From Candidatus Multivorans sp. (GTDB lineage Bacteria; Acidobacteriota; Thermoanaerobaculia; Multivoradales; Multivoraceae): DNA of 64,000 bases. The stretch's first letter is position 1. Each line of letters starts with the position of its first letter. The position numbers and the translations under genes are program-made. Where the stretch lies: contig OZ251997.1 in NCBI GenBank assembly GCA_965247095.1, forward strand, positions 2,528,001-2,592,000, written 5' to 3'. Of this stretch, positions 10,402 to 19,899 are shown one piece after another. The notes below the pieces were generated by a model, which worked only from the letters and a program-made list of their open reading frames with translations, did not search any database and was not told the origin of the DNA.

Positions 10402-11220
10402 ATGGTGTCTCACCCTGTGCCCCTGATCGGCGTCTTCGACTCGGGCGTCGGCGGCCTCACTGTGGTCGCGGCGCTCAGGCGGCGCCTGCCCGCCGCCTCG
10501 ATCCTCTACCTCGGCGATACCGCGCGACTGCCCTACGGCACGAAGTCGCGGCGAACGGTGCTGCGCTACTCCCAAGCCAACGTCGACTTCCTGGAGCAAC
10601 GCGGGGTCGACGCCCTGGTCGTCGCCTGCAACACGGCGTCGGCGATGGCGCTCGACGGCCTCGTGGTGCGGACCCCGCACTGGGGCGTGCTGGAGCCGGG
10701 CGCGTCGGCTGCCGTGGCGTCGGCTGGCCGGCACGTGGGCGTGATCGCCACCGAGTCGACGGTCCGGTCGGGGGCCTACGAGCACGCGATCCGGCGCCTG
10801 AACCCGAAGCTGCGGGTCAGTCAGCAGGCCTGCCCGCTGCTCGTGCCGCTGGTCGAGGAAGGCTGGGAGGACGACGAGATCACCGAGCGGATCGTCGCCC
10901 GCTACCTCGAACCGCTGCTGCGGGCGAAGATCGACACGCTGCTGCTCGGCTGTACCCACTACCCGCTCCTGCGCGGTGTGCTGGCGCGGGTCTGCGGGCC
11001 GGGCGTGACCCTGGTGGACTCGGCCGAGTCGACGAGCCTGGCGGTGGAGCAGCGAATCCTGCAGGCCGGTTGGCAGGGTGGAACTGCGCCGCACGCCCCA
11101 AGTGTGAGACTCTTCGCCACCGACGCGGGTTCCCGGTTCGCCAGACTCGCGGAGCGGATTCTCGGCGAACCCGTCGCCCTCGAGTGGATCGACGTGAATC
11201 AGGCCGAGAGGCATTCCTGA
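10402..11220 (+). CDS. murI: Glutamate racemase
   Basis: IGVFDSGVGGLTV, ACNTAS, LGCTHYP. Confidence 0.96.
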   Translation: MVSHPVPLIGVFDSGVGGLTVVAALRRRLPAASILYLGDTARLPYGTKSRRTVLRYSQANVDFLEQRGVDALVVACNTASAMALDGLVVRTPHWGVLEPGASAAVASAGRHVGVIATESTVRSGAYEHAIRRLNPKLRVSQQACPLLVPLVEEGWEDDEITERIVARYLEPLLRAKIDTLLLGCTHYPLLRGVLARVCGPGVTLVDSAESTSLAVEQRILQAGWQGGTAPHAPSVRLFATDAGSRFARLAERILGEPVALEWIDVNQAERHS

Positions 11221-11235
11221 GGAGGTGGAACGACT

Positions 11236-12078
11236 GTGACTAAAGCTGGACGATCAGGCGGCTTCGCACGCAGCGGCGGGCGATCGGCCTCGGCCCTGAG
11301 GCCGGTGTCGATCGAACTGGACGCAATGAAATTCGCTGAAGGCTCGGCGCTGGTGGCATTCGGCGACACCCGGGTGCTCTGTTCCGCCAGCATCGAGCGG
11401 CGGGTGCCGCCCTTCCTGGTCGGCAAGGGCCGGGGTTGGCTGACCGCCGAGTACGCGATGCTGCCGCGGGCGACGCTGACCCGTTCGATGCGGGAAGTGT
11501 CGCGCGGCCGGCCGTCGGGCCGCACGTCGGAGATCCAGCGTCTGATCGGCCGCTCGCTTCGATCGGCGGTCAACATGCGCAAGCTCCCGGAGGTCACGAT
11601 CGCGATCGACTGCGACGTGATCCAGGCCGACGGCGGCACCCGGACCGCGTCGGTCACGGGCGGCTACGTCGCCACCGTTGCCGCGCTGGCGAAGATGCTG
11701 CTCGAGGGCGATCTGAAGACCTGGCCGCTGGTCCACTCGGTGGCGGCGGTGTCGGTCGGCATCTGCGAGGACGAGTTGCTGCTCGACCTCGAGTACGTCG
11801 AGGACCGGGACGCCCAGGTCGATCTGAACGTGGTGGCGACCGGCGAAGGCAGCCTGATCGAGGTGCAGGGCACCGCGGAAGGCCGGGTGTTCACGCGCCC
11901 GGAGTTCGATGGTCTGCTTGATCTCGCTCTTGCCGGTATCGTCGAGCTGACGGAACTGCAGCAGCGGACCCTCTCGGAGCGGCTGGCTGAAGTTGACGAC
12001 GCCCTGGATCGCCGCCGGCGAGGACCGGCAACGACCCGCGACGAGGCCAGTCTCTGGGGCCGACCTCCACGTGAGTAG
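11236..12078 (+). CDS. rph: Ribonuclease PH
   Basis: GWLTAEYAMLP, EIQRLIGRSLR, ADGGTRTAS, EVQGTAE. Confidence 0.96.
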   Translation: MTKAGRSGGFARSGGRSASALRPVSIELDAMKFAEGSALVAFGDTRVLCSASIERRVPPFLVGKGRGWLTAEYAMLPRATLTRSMREVSRGRPSGRTSEIQRLIGRSLRSAVNMRKLPEVTIAIDCDVIQADGGTRTASVTGGYVATVAALAKMLLEGDLKTWPLVHSVAAVSVGICEDELLLDLEYVEDRDAQVDLNVVATGEGSLIEVQGTAEGRVFTRPEFDGLLDLALAGIVELTELQQRTLSERLAEVDDALDRRRRGPATTRDEASLWGRPPRE

Positions 12079-12097
12079 CTGGGTTCTGGGCCTCCGT

Positions 12098-12234
12098 CCT
12101 GGGAACCCGGGTGGCGCGATCCGCGCCACACGTGAACCATCCGTGCGCCCGTCATCGGGCGCACGGATGGAACGCGGGCATCTTGCCCGCATCCGGCTCC
12201 GGCCCTGGGAACGCGGGCATCTTGCCCGCATCCG
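12098..12234 (+). repeat. Composite multi-hairpin REP-like element, copy 1
   Basis: Two long hairpins followed by two GGAACGCGGGCATCTTGCCCGCAT units; homologous to 50565 and 52695. Confidence 0.9.
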
Positions 12235-12262
12235 CTCCGCTTCGACAGCTTGAGGAGCCCCC

Positions 12263-13759
12263 GTGGACATCCACCTGATCGCGATCGGGGGCACCGGCAT
12301 GGCGCCCCTCGCCTGCCTGTTGCGGGAACTGGGCCACCAGGTCCGCGGCTCGGACGGACCTCTCTATTCACCGACCAGGGAGCTGCTGGCCGACGCGGGG
12401 ATCGAACCCCTGGCCGGCTACGACCCGGCCCACCTGCAGCCGCGGCCGGACCTGGTCATCGTTGGCAACGCGGTGCCGCGCACCAACCCGGAGGCGGTGG
12501 CGACCGAACAACTCGGCCTGCCGCGGCTGTCGATGCCCGAAGCGCTCAATCGCTTCGTGCTCCGGGACCGGCGACCGCTGGTCATCGCCGGCAGCCACGG
12601 CAAGACGACGACGACCGCGATGGCGGCCTGGGTCTACTCGCGCGCCGGCGCCGATCCGGGTTTTCTGATCGGCGGCGCGCCGATCGGCCTGCCTTCCGGC
12701 TTTGCGCTCGGCGGTGGACCGCGCTTCGCGATCGAGGGAGACGAGTACAACGCCTCCTACTTCGATCGCGGGCCGAAGTTCTGGCACTACCGGCCGGAAA
12801 CCCTGATCGTGACCAGCCTGGAGCACGACCACGTCGATCTCTATCCCGACTTCGAGGGCCTTCGGCAGGCCTTTGTGGGGCTGGTCGAGCGGCTGCCGCC
12901 GAGCGGGCTGCTGATCGCCTGCGCCGACTATCCGGCTGTCGAACGGCTGGTGTCGTCCAGCCCCTGCCGTGTCGTGACCTACGGTGCTGAGACCTGCGGC
13001 GCTGGGACGGGCGACATCCGGCTGGCCGGTCCGGTCGAGAGCGGCGAGAACGGCATCTCCTTCGAACTGGAAGAGGCCGGCGCCCGGCAGCGGATCGAAC
13101 TCGGGGTCTGGGGCGAACACAACGCGGCGAACGCGACGGCGGTCTGGATCGCGGCGCGGGCCGACGGTCTCGATCCCGGGGTTGTGCTGGAGGCGCTGGC
13201 TACGTTCCGGGGGGTACGGCGCCGGCTCGAGGTGGTTGGAGAGACCGCGGGCGTGGTCGTTGTCGACGACTTCGCCCATCATGCCTCGGAGGTGGCGGCC
13301 TCCCTCTCGGCGCTCCGGCAGCGGTTCCCGGGCCGCCGCCTGGTCGCCCTGTTCGAGCCGCGCAGCCTGAGCGCGGGTCGCCGTCAGTTCGCAGCCGACC
13401 TCGCGGCGGCCTTGGCGTCGGCCGACCGCGTCTTCCTGGCCCCCGTTTTCCACCGCGTGCGCCTGGGTGAGGAGGGCTTCGACCCGGAGCGGTTGACGGC
13501 GGACATCGAGCGACTCGGTGCGACCGCAACGGCGTGCGGATCGAACGACGAGTTGGTCGAGCAGGCGCTCGCGGAAGCCCGGCCCGGCGACGTCCTGGTC
13601 ACGATGTCCTCGGGATCGTTCGACGGCCTGCCGCAGCGACTAGACCGAAGTTCTGAGCTTCAAGTCGTGAAATCGCCTGTAGTGGTGGGCGTTTTCAGTT
13701 GTTCGGCGGTGTCTTGTACTGGGTACGTCGACTTCAGGGGCGGATGCCGAGTAGTTTGA
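12263..13759 (+). CDS. mpl: UDP-MurNAc:L-Ala-gamma-D-Glu-mDAP ligase (murein peptide ligase); native C-terminus replaced by IS sequence after 13644
   Basis: IAIGGTGM, GSHGKTTT, EGDEY, DDFAHH, FEPRS, MSSGSFDG. Confidence 0.85.
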   Translation: MDIHLIAIGGTGMAPLACLLRELGHQVRGSDGPLYSPTRELLADAGIEPLAGYDPAHLQPRPDLVIVGNAVPRTNPEAVATEQLGLPRLSMPEALNRFVLRDRRPLVIAGSHGKTTTTAMAAWVYSRAGADPGFLIGGAPIGLPSGFALGGGPRFAIEGDEYNASYFDRGPKFWHYRPETLIVTSLEHDHVDLYPDFEGLRQAFVGLVERLPPSGLLIACADYPAVERLVSSSPCRVVTYGAETCGAGTGDIRLAGPVESGENGISFELEEAGARQRIELGVWGEHNAANATAVWIAARADGLDPGVVLEALATFRGVRRRLEVVGETAGVVVVDDFAHHASEVAASLSALRQRFPGRRLVALFEPRSLSAGRRQFAADLAAALASADRVFLAPVFHRVRLGEEGFDPERLTADIERLGATATACGSNDELVEQALAEARPGDVLVTMSSGSFDGLPQRLDRSSELQVVKSPVVVGVFSCSAVSCTGYVDFRGGCRVV

Positions 13760-15611
13760 AGGCTTCGTTCTGGAGTGGAGTGGGCCGTGCGAGGACGTCG
13801 GCGGTGGAGTCGGCCTTGCCGTGCATCCGCACGCGGTTTCGGGTCAGCGTGGCCAGGTCGGCGAGCAAGGTCTGGAAGCTGTGGACGGGGAGTCCGTCGG
13901 GGGTCCTCCGGGAGTTGGCCTTGGTCATTGCCTCGTGCGACCTTCGCGCGGGATCGACGGGCGACTCGCGTTGGTCGTCGCGGCGTTGGTCGTCGAAGAG
14001 GAGGGGCGCCAGGGTCCGGCGCATGTGCCACTCGACGTAGTAGGCGAGCATGCAGAGGAAGACGTGGGCGCGTACCCTCGAGGCTAGGCGATGGTGGACG
14101 GGGCGCACTTTGAGGTCGACGCTCTTGTAGGAGCGGAAGGCGCGTTCGACGCGGCTGAGGCTCTTGTAGGCGCGGACCGCATCGGCTGCCGGCAGTTCGT
14201 CTTCGGGGACGTTGGTGCGGATGACGTAGAAGCCGTCGAGAGCGGCTTCCTCGGCGATGCGCGCCTCGTTGCGGCGGTATTGGAAGCCGTCCTCTTCGAT
14301 CTCGACCTCGAAGTGCTTGCCGACCTTGTAGGCGCCCAGGGCGCGGTCCGCGCGCACGGCGATGGCGTCCTTGCCGCGCAGGGGGTTCTTCTTGCGCCGC
14401 GTCGCCGCAACGACGGCGTCGAGCTTGCGCTCGGTGGATTCGAGAAGCTCCTGGCGCTTGCGGCCGCGTTCCTCCGCCAGAAGCGGGTTCCGGCACACCA
14501 CGAGGCGCTCCTTGGGGTACAGCTCCGGGACGCTGATCTCGGCCATCTTCCGCTGGTCGAAGAGCGACAGTTGCAGGTGGCCTTCCTGGGCCAGCGTCCT
14601 GATCGCCGGCGCGCGCAGGGCGCTGATCCAGGACAGGCCCGCGGGGTCGAGGTCCTCGCGGATGCGCGCGTCGGTGATCAGGCCCCGGTCTGAGACCATC
14701 ACGATCCTCTCCAGCGAGAAGCGGTCGCGGAGCTTCTGCACCTGGGCGTTCAGGGTCGTCGGATCGGCCGTGTTGCCCTCGAATACCTCGACCGCGACCG
14801 GGCATCCGTCCCGGCTGCAGAGCAGGCCGAAGACGATCTGGACCTTGCCTCTCTTCTTGTCCCTGGAGTAGCCGTGCCTGGCCAGCGTGCACTTCCTGCC
14901 CTCAAAGTAGACCGAGGTCACGTCGTAAAGCACCAGCGAGCCGTCTTCCAGATGCCGCCGGGCAAGAGTCCGCTCGATGCGCGGCTGTCTTTCGAGCAGC
15001 CAGTCCATGGCGCCGTAGAGTTCGTCGGCCGAGGCCTCCTGCACGCCGAGTTCCTCGCCGAGGGTGTGGCTCATGGTCTCGCTCGCGAGTCCGCGGGCGG
15101 TGGCGAGCTTGGATCGCGGCTCGAGGATGCGGGCCGCGATCATGGCCAGCGCCAGTGCCCGTTCGCGCGAGGGCCGTCGGTCGAGGAGTCGTTCGATGCC
15201 GAGGCTTCGGGCCACGCCGAGGACGGCGGCGACATGGCCGTGCGGTCTGGCGCGCAGGATTTCGAAGGCGGCCTCGAGCGAAGGCAGGGCGACTCCTCCC
15301 TTGAGCAGGGTTCTGAGTCCTTCGACGAGTTGGTCGGGCCACTTGGAGAGGTTGGCGAGAGTGCGTTTCTTGACCTTTCCGTCCTGTCGGTAGGACTCTC
15401 TCAGCAGGACGGCGGGTGGTGAGTTTCGGTTGGGTACCCGTTCGATGTACATGGCTTCTCATTGTAGACGAAACCATTCAGAATGTCTACATGCCACGAG
15501 ATCCTTACATGGCTACCAATGGCAGAAAACAGGGGCGGCCCAACACCCGAAAACCCAAGCACTGCAACGCCTCTCGACGACGAGGAGGCCCCAGGAGCCT
15601 CAGAACTTCGG
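13645..15611 (-). mobile_element. IS1634-family insertion sequence, complete
   Basis: Inverted repeats CCGAAGTTCTG / CAGAACTTCGG; 6-bp target duplication ACTAGA (13639-13644, 15612-15617). Confidence 0.93.
13734..15452 (-). CDS. IS1634 transposase
   Basis: LLRESYRQDGKVKKRTLANLS, LYDVTSVYFEG, SDRG, VERAFR, RVRAHVFLCMLAY. Confidence 0.92.
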   Translation of the reverse strand: MYIERVPNRNSPPAVLLRESYRQDGKVKKRTLANLSKWPDQLVEGLRTLLKGGVALPSLEAAFEILRARPHGHVAAVLGVARSLGIERLLDRRPSRERALALAMIAARILEPRSKLATARGLASETMSHTLGEELGVQEASADELYGAMDWLLERQPRIERTLARRHLEDGSLVLYDVTSVYFEGRKCTLARHGYSRDKKRGKVQIVFGLLCSRDGCPVAVEVFEGNTADPTTLNAQVQKLRDRFSLERIVMVSDRGLITDARIREDLDPAGLSWISALRAPAIRTLAQEGHLQLSLFDQRKMAEISVPELYPKERLVVCRNPLLAEERGRKRQELLESTERKLDAVVAATRRKKNPLRGKDAIAVRADRALGAYKVGKHFEVEIEEDGFQYRRNEARIAEEAALDGFYVIRTNVPEDELPAADAVRAYKSLSRVERAFRSYKSVDLKVRPVHHRLASRVRAHVFLCMLAYYVEWHMRRTLAPLLFDDQRRDDQRESPVDPARRSHEAMTKANSRRTPDGLPVHSFQTLLADLATLTRNRVRMHGKADSTADVLARPTPLQNEAFKLLGIRP

Positions 15612-15624
15612 ACTAGAGACGCGA

Positions 15625-16506
15625 CTAGAGATGGGTCTCGAGGATCTGCCGGGCGGAGAGTCCCGGTAGGCGTAGCGCGTCGGCGCCGGCCGGCGGCACC
15701 ACACGGCGCGGCGCGAGGCCGACGAGTTCCGTCTCGACGACCTGGAGGCCGGCCGCTTGCGCGAGCTCGTCGGCCCGCTGGACGACATCGAGCAGCGACG
15801 CCCGGTCGCAGTCGGTCAGGTTGACGCTGACCTGGACCTGTCCGCGGCTTTCGAGAAAGAAGCCGAGCGCGCGCACGCCCGGCGGACCGCCGCCGGATTC
15901 ACGCAGGGAGGCCGCGATCCGCTTCGCCGCCGCGAGCTGGTCCGTATCGAGGAGCAGATTGAAAGCCACCAACGGTGGCCGGGCGCCTACGCACACCGCG
16001 CCGCCGGTGGGATGGAGCCGATGCGGCCCGCGGTCGGGCAGCCACTCGCCGCTCGCCATCCGCTCGGCGAGGCGCCTGAGGCCGCCGCGGCGATGATCGG
16101 CGAGCGCGACCCTACCGGGATCCGGGGCCGCCTTGCCGTAGAGGAACACCGGCAGGCCGAGCGCGCCGAGCGCGTTTGCCGTGCGATGTGCGGCTTCAAT
16201 CGCCGCCGGCATCGCGTCCTGCTCCAGCGGCACGAAGGGAACCACGTCCAGGGCGCCTAGAAGGGGATGAACGCCTTGGTGGCTTCCCACGTCGATGTAC
16301 TCGGCTGCCGCGGCGGCAAGGGCCTCGATCGCTCCCACGAGTTCGGCAGCTTCGGCCAACAGAGTCAGCACGGTCCGGTTGTGGTCCGGGTCTGACGACA
16401 CGTCGAGGACCCGCACGCCGGGCGCCGACGCGGCCTCTACGCAAGCGTCGATGATCTCTCTGCACCGGCCTTCACTGATGTTCGGCACGCATTGCAGTCG
16501 GACCAT
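15625..16506 (-). CDS. ftcD: Glutamate formimidoyltransferase
   Basis: CVPNISEGR, SDPDHNRTV, HQGVHPLLGALDVVPFVPL, GARPPLVAFN, ELVGL. Confidence 0.9.
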   Translation of the reverse strand: MVRLQCVPNISEGRCREIIDACVEAASAPGVRVLDVSSDPDHNRTVLTLLAEAAELVGAIEALAAAAAEYIDVGSHQGVHPLLGALDVVPFVPLEQDAMPAAIEAAHRTANALGALGLPVFLYGKAAPDPGRVALADHRRGGLRRLAERMASGEWLPDRGPHRLHPTGGAVCVGARPPLVAFNLLLDTDQLAAAKRIAASLRESGGGPPGVRALGFFLESRGQVQVSVNLTDCDRASLLDVVQRADELAQAAGLQVVETELVGLAPRRVVPPAGADALRLPGLSARQILETHL

Positions 16507-16544
16507 GCGGTCAGGCTAGCAACCGAGAGAAGGCTCTTCGTGGC

Positions 16545-16573
16545 TTGACCGATGTGGCAGGCGGAAGTACGTT
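16545..16573 (+). promoter_or_regulatory. Putative sigma70 promoter upstream of the PP2C gene
   Basis: TTGACC-N17-TACGTT, the same hexamers as upstream of the atp operon. Confidence 0.55.
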
Positions 16574-16614
16574 GCCCGGGTGAACCCCGCCGGGCCTAGT
16601 CAGGCCGGAGACGA

Positions 16615-17385
16615 ATGATCGAGGGCCGCGACTTCGCCGCGGCCAGCATGATCGGCGCGCGGAGGCGCCAGGAGGACGACTGGGGCGTCAACGTCGTGTC
16701 CGAGGAATCCGGCGACGACGCGCTGCTTCTCGCGGCGGTCGCGGACGGCATGGGTGGGATGCCCGCGGGCGACCAGGCGAGCAGGATCACGATCAGGGGA
16801 CTCTTCGGCAGCTACCCGCTGATCGCGAAGCCGCCCGCCGAGCGTCTGCGCCTTGCGCTCGCCCACGCGAACCACGCGGTGAGGGCTGCGATCGAGGCCG
16901 ACCCGTCGCTGCGGGGCATGGGGTCCACTCTGGTGGCGGCGCTGTTCTACGAGGACCACTTCCGCTGGTTGAGCGTCGGCGACTCGCACATCTTCTACTG
17001 GCGCGGCGGTGAGCTGGAGCGCGTCAATCCGCTCCACACATACGGCCGCGAACTCGACGCCCGGGCTGCACGTGGGGAGATCACAGCGAGCCACGCCGCC
17101 CTCCATCCCGACCGGGCCGCGATCACCAGCGCTGTGATGGGCCGGCCGCTTGGCGAGGTGGCCGAAGGTGAACGCGACCTGGCGGCCGGCGACGTTGTCA
17201 TCCTGGCGAGTGACGGCACCGAGACGCTGTCCGATGAGGAGGTCGCCGCCATCTGCGCGGACTTCCGAACAGCGGGGGCTTCGCGGATCGCCGAGGCGAT
17301 GATTCGCCGGGTCGAAGGGAAGGCGATTCCCTGGCAGGACAACGCGACGGTTGTCGTCGTATGCCCCGTTTCGCGCGCGGACTGA
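16615..17385 (+). CDS. PP2C-family Ser/Thr protein phosphatase
   Basis: RRRQED, VADGMGG, MGST, VGDS, LASDG, DNATV. Confidence 0.92.
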   Translation: MIEGRDFAAASMIGARRRQEDDWGVNVVSEESGDDALLLAAVADGMGGMPAGDQASRITIRGLFGSYPLIAKPPAERLRLALAHANHAVRAAIEADPSLRGMGSTLVAALFYEDHFRWLSVGDSHIFYWRGGELERVNPLHTYGRELDARAARGEITASHAALHPDRAAITSAVMGRPLGEVAEGERDLAAGDVVILASDGTETLSDEEVAAICADFRTAGASRIAEAMIRRVEGKAIPWQDNATVVVVCPVSRAD

Positions 17386-17448
17386 AGAGCAGGCGTTCGT
17401 TGCGCTAGATTGATGCCCTGGATTTCTCACGCAGGGAGGAAGCAGCCA

Positions 17449-18282
17449 ATGAAGAGGACCTTCGCGCATGCCGCGTTTCTGTTCGTCCTGCTGCCAGCAG
17501 CGACCGCGGGCTTCGAGGCTCAACCCGCGACTCAGGAGCGCACCGCTCTGGAGCCGGGAGACACCTTCTCGGACACCTTGAGTTCGGGCGGTTCGGGCCC
17601 GGAGATGGTTGTGATTCCGTCGGGCACCTTTCGTATGGGGTGCCTCTCGGTTGAAGGGTGCAGCGAGTACGAGCTTCCGGTCCGCGAAGTAACGATCGAA
17701 CAGCCGTTCGCGGTATCGAAGTACGTCGTCACGCTCGCGGAGTTCAACCCCTTCGCGCCGGGGCGAGCGCAAAAGGGCTACAAGTTTGAAGGTCCAGGGG
17801 CCAGCGCGGCGAGTTGGGTGTCGTGGGCCGACGCCAGTGCCTACGTGGTGTAGCTGTCTCAGGAGACTGGTGAGAAGTATCGGCTACTGAGTGAGGCCGA
17901 GTGGGAGTACGTTGCCCGGGCGGGTTCGACGACCCCTTACCCATGGGGCGAGGAGTTCGGCGCCAACCATGCGAACTGCTGGGCCTGTGAGGACGAGTTC
18001 CAGTTCTCGGCGCCGGTGGGCCGGTTCCCACCGAACGCCTGGGGCCTCCACGACATGGTGGGCAACGGCTGGGAGTGGGTCGAGGACTGCTGGAACGACA
18101 ACCACGAGGGCGCTCCCTCCGATGCCAGCGCCCGGCTCGAAGGCGACTGCTCGTACCACGTGATCCGCGGCGGTTCTTGGCGCGACGGCCCGACGGAACT
18201 ACGCTCCGCCTTCCGCCGCCCGGTGGAAAAGCGCCGGTTCAAGGGAGAGAACTTCCGCGTCGCGCGGGTGCTCGCGCCCTGA
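17449..18282 (+). pseudogene. FGE-sulfatase/SUMF1-domain secreted protein with an in-frame TAG at 17851-17853
   Basis: GPEMVVIPSGTFRMG...AYVV*LSQETGEKYRLLSEAEWEY...NAWGLHDMVGNGWEWVED...RGGSW; reading frame continues through the TAG. Confidence 0.85.
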
Positions 18283-18306
18283 CGTCCGGGGCTGCGAGGC
18301 CCCGCG

Positions 18307-18595
18307 CTACACCAGCCGACCCAGCAGCGTAAGCGCCGGAGCGACACGTATGCCCTCGGGCGTCACATAGTCCTTCGATCCGGTCGCCGATACCTGCCAG
18401 GCCTCGCAGTCCGGGAACCGGACCTTGAAGTAGCGGAGGCTCTTCTCGAGCTTGGCGTCGGCCCGCTTGCATTCGACGCACAGCAACGGCCGCGGGCGGT
18501 CGGTGACCACGAAGTCGACCTCCCGGCCGTCCGTGTCGCGGAAGTACCGGAGTTCGGGGTCGCGCCCCTGGGTGTCCTGCTGGTGGTGAACCACG
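18307..18595 (-). pseudogene. C-terminal fragment of an AAA_14/DUF4143 ATP-binding protein
   Basis: LRYFRDTDGREVDFVV...VECK motif; the ATPase N-terminus is missing. Confidence 0.75.
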
Positions 18596-18675
18596 GTTCT
18601 TTGACCACAGGAGAAAACGTCCCCGGACATTCTGGACTGCGCGGAAAATTGCGCCGGCGCCAACCGTGTAGCGGC

Positions 18676-18704
18676 TTGACGGCTGGTGGCCGTTGGGCGA
18701 TACT
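18676..18704 (+). promoter_or_regulatory. Putative sigma70 promoter
   Basis: TTGACG-N17-GATACT upstream of the GAGGAGG RBS of 18762. Confidence 0.5.
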
Positions 18705-18761
18705 GGCCAACACTTCTTAGGTGCTTGAGGTTGCCAGGTCTTCAAGAGGAGGTCTTGACCG

Positions 18762-19211
18762 ATGCGAAAGTTCATTCTGCTGTCGTTCGTCGTGTTGTTG
18801 GTTGCGTCGGTGGCCAGCGCTCAGGAAAGCGCGGTCTCCGGGCGGCTGGTGAACGCCTCTGGCGTGGGGCTCGATGGCGTCGCAGTCGAGCTTGTCGCGG
18901 CGGAAGGCGGACAACCCGTCGGGAACGCGTTGCAGACCGTGAGGACCGGTGCGCGCGGAGTCTGGGCCTTCAGCGGCGTACCCATAGGCGAGTGGGTGGT
19001 CCGCGCCGTGATCGACGGGTCGACGGTCGGCATTCCGGTGACCGTCGGCGCCGCACCGGTGGCTGGCGTCGTGCTCGCGGCCCCCAGCGCCGTTGGCGCG
19101 GCTGCCGGGGCTGCCGCCGCGGGAGGCGGCTTGTCGGCGGCAGCGCTCGCGGGAATAGCCGGCGCGGCTGCCGTGGCTACTATTGGGATGTGGCGCGACG
19201 ACCTGAGCTGA
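18762..19211 (+). CDS. Small secreted carboxypeptidase-regulatory-like beta-sandwich protein with an Ala/Gly-rich C-terminal membrane helix
   Basis: Signal peptide, VSGRLVNASG...TG..G.W.F..VP.G pattern, hydrophobic tail. Confidence 0.65.
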   Translation: MRKFILLSFVVLLVASVASAQESAVSGRLVNASGVGLDGVAVELVAAEGGQPVGNALQTVRTGARGVWAFSGVPIGEWVVRAVIDGSTVGIPVTVGAAPVAGVVLAAPSAVGAAAGAAAAGGGLSAAALAGIAGAAAVATIGMWRDDLS

Positions 19212-19302
19212 CAGGTCGCTGCCGGCAGTTCCCTCACGGAGACTGCGCCTTCCGGAGTGGGCGCAACGGCTCCTGCTTGGAGCTGGTCTTCTCTGCGCCA
19301 CC

Positions 19303-19899
19303 GTGTCGGGCGTGGCGGTCTACCACGCCGTCGGTCCTTACGGCGACGGTCCCTTCGGCGCTGGGTTCCGCCGCATCGCCCGTCCGGACGGCCAGGGTTC
19401 AACGCTCGTACGGGACTTCCACTACGCCGGCCAGACCGTTCGAGCGGTAATCGACGAACGCAGCCGCCGGGCGTCGGAGTTGCGGTTCGACCTCGACGCC
19501 GACGGCGTGCCCGAGACCCGGGCCCATGTCGACTCGGAGCAGGATGGCGTCCGCGTGGAGCGCGATCTCGACGCCGACGGCGTGACCGATCGCTGGGAGT
19601 ACTACGCCGACCTGCGGGAGGCCCAGGCCGGACGGCTCGAGAAGCTCGGTTTCTCCCTCGCCGGCGACGCGGTGGCCGACGCGTGGGCGTTCCACGGGGC
19701 GGACGGGCAGCTCGTCCGCCTGGAGGTGTCCACGCGGCGTGACGGCGTCGTCGACCGCTGGGAGCACTACGAAGACGGGGTGATGGTCCGCACCGAGTCG
19801 GACGACGACGGCGACGGCCGCATCGACACCTGGTCGACCTACGTGAACGGCATTCTCGCCGCGACCGGCGCCGCACCCGTCGACGACGAGCGGCCATGA
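19303..19899 (+). CDS. Hypothetical protein with DxDxDG-D-x-W repeats (start uncertain)
   Basis: DLDADGVPET, DLDADGVTDRWEYY, RRDGVVDRWEHY, DDDGDGRIDTW. Confidence 0.7.
   Translation: MSGVAVYHAVGPYGDGPFGAGFRRIARPDGQGSTLVRDFHYAGQTVRAVIDERSRRASELRFDLDADGVPETRAHVDSEQDGVRVERDLDADGVTDRWEYYADLREAQAGRLEKLGFSLAGDAVADAWAFHGADGQLVRLEVSTRRDGVVDRWEHYEDGVMVRTESDDDGDGRIDTWSTYVNGILAATGAAPVDDERP

Noticed and set aside
12098-12234. Repeated GGAACGCGGGCATCTTGCCCGCAT units as a CRISPR array
   Set aside because: At most two adjacent units, no regular unique spacers and no cas genes; the dispersed pattern fits REP elements
17449-18282. FGE-domain protein as the maturase for the sulfatase
   Set aside because: It lacks the catalytic Cys pair after RGGS, is secreted and is interrupted
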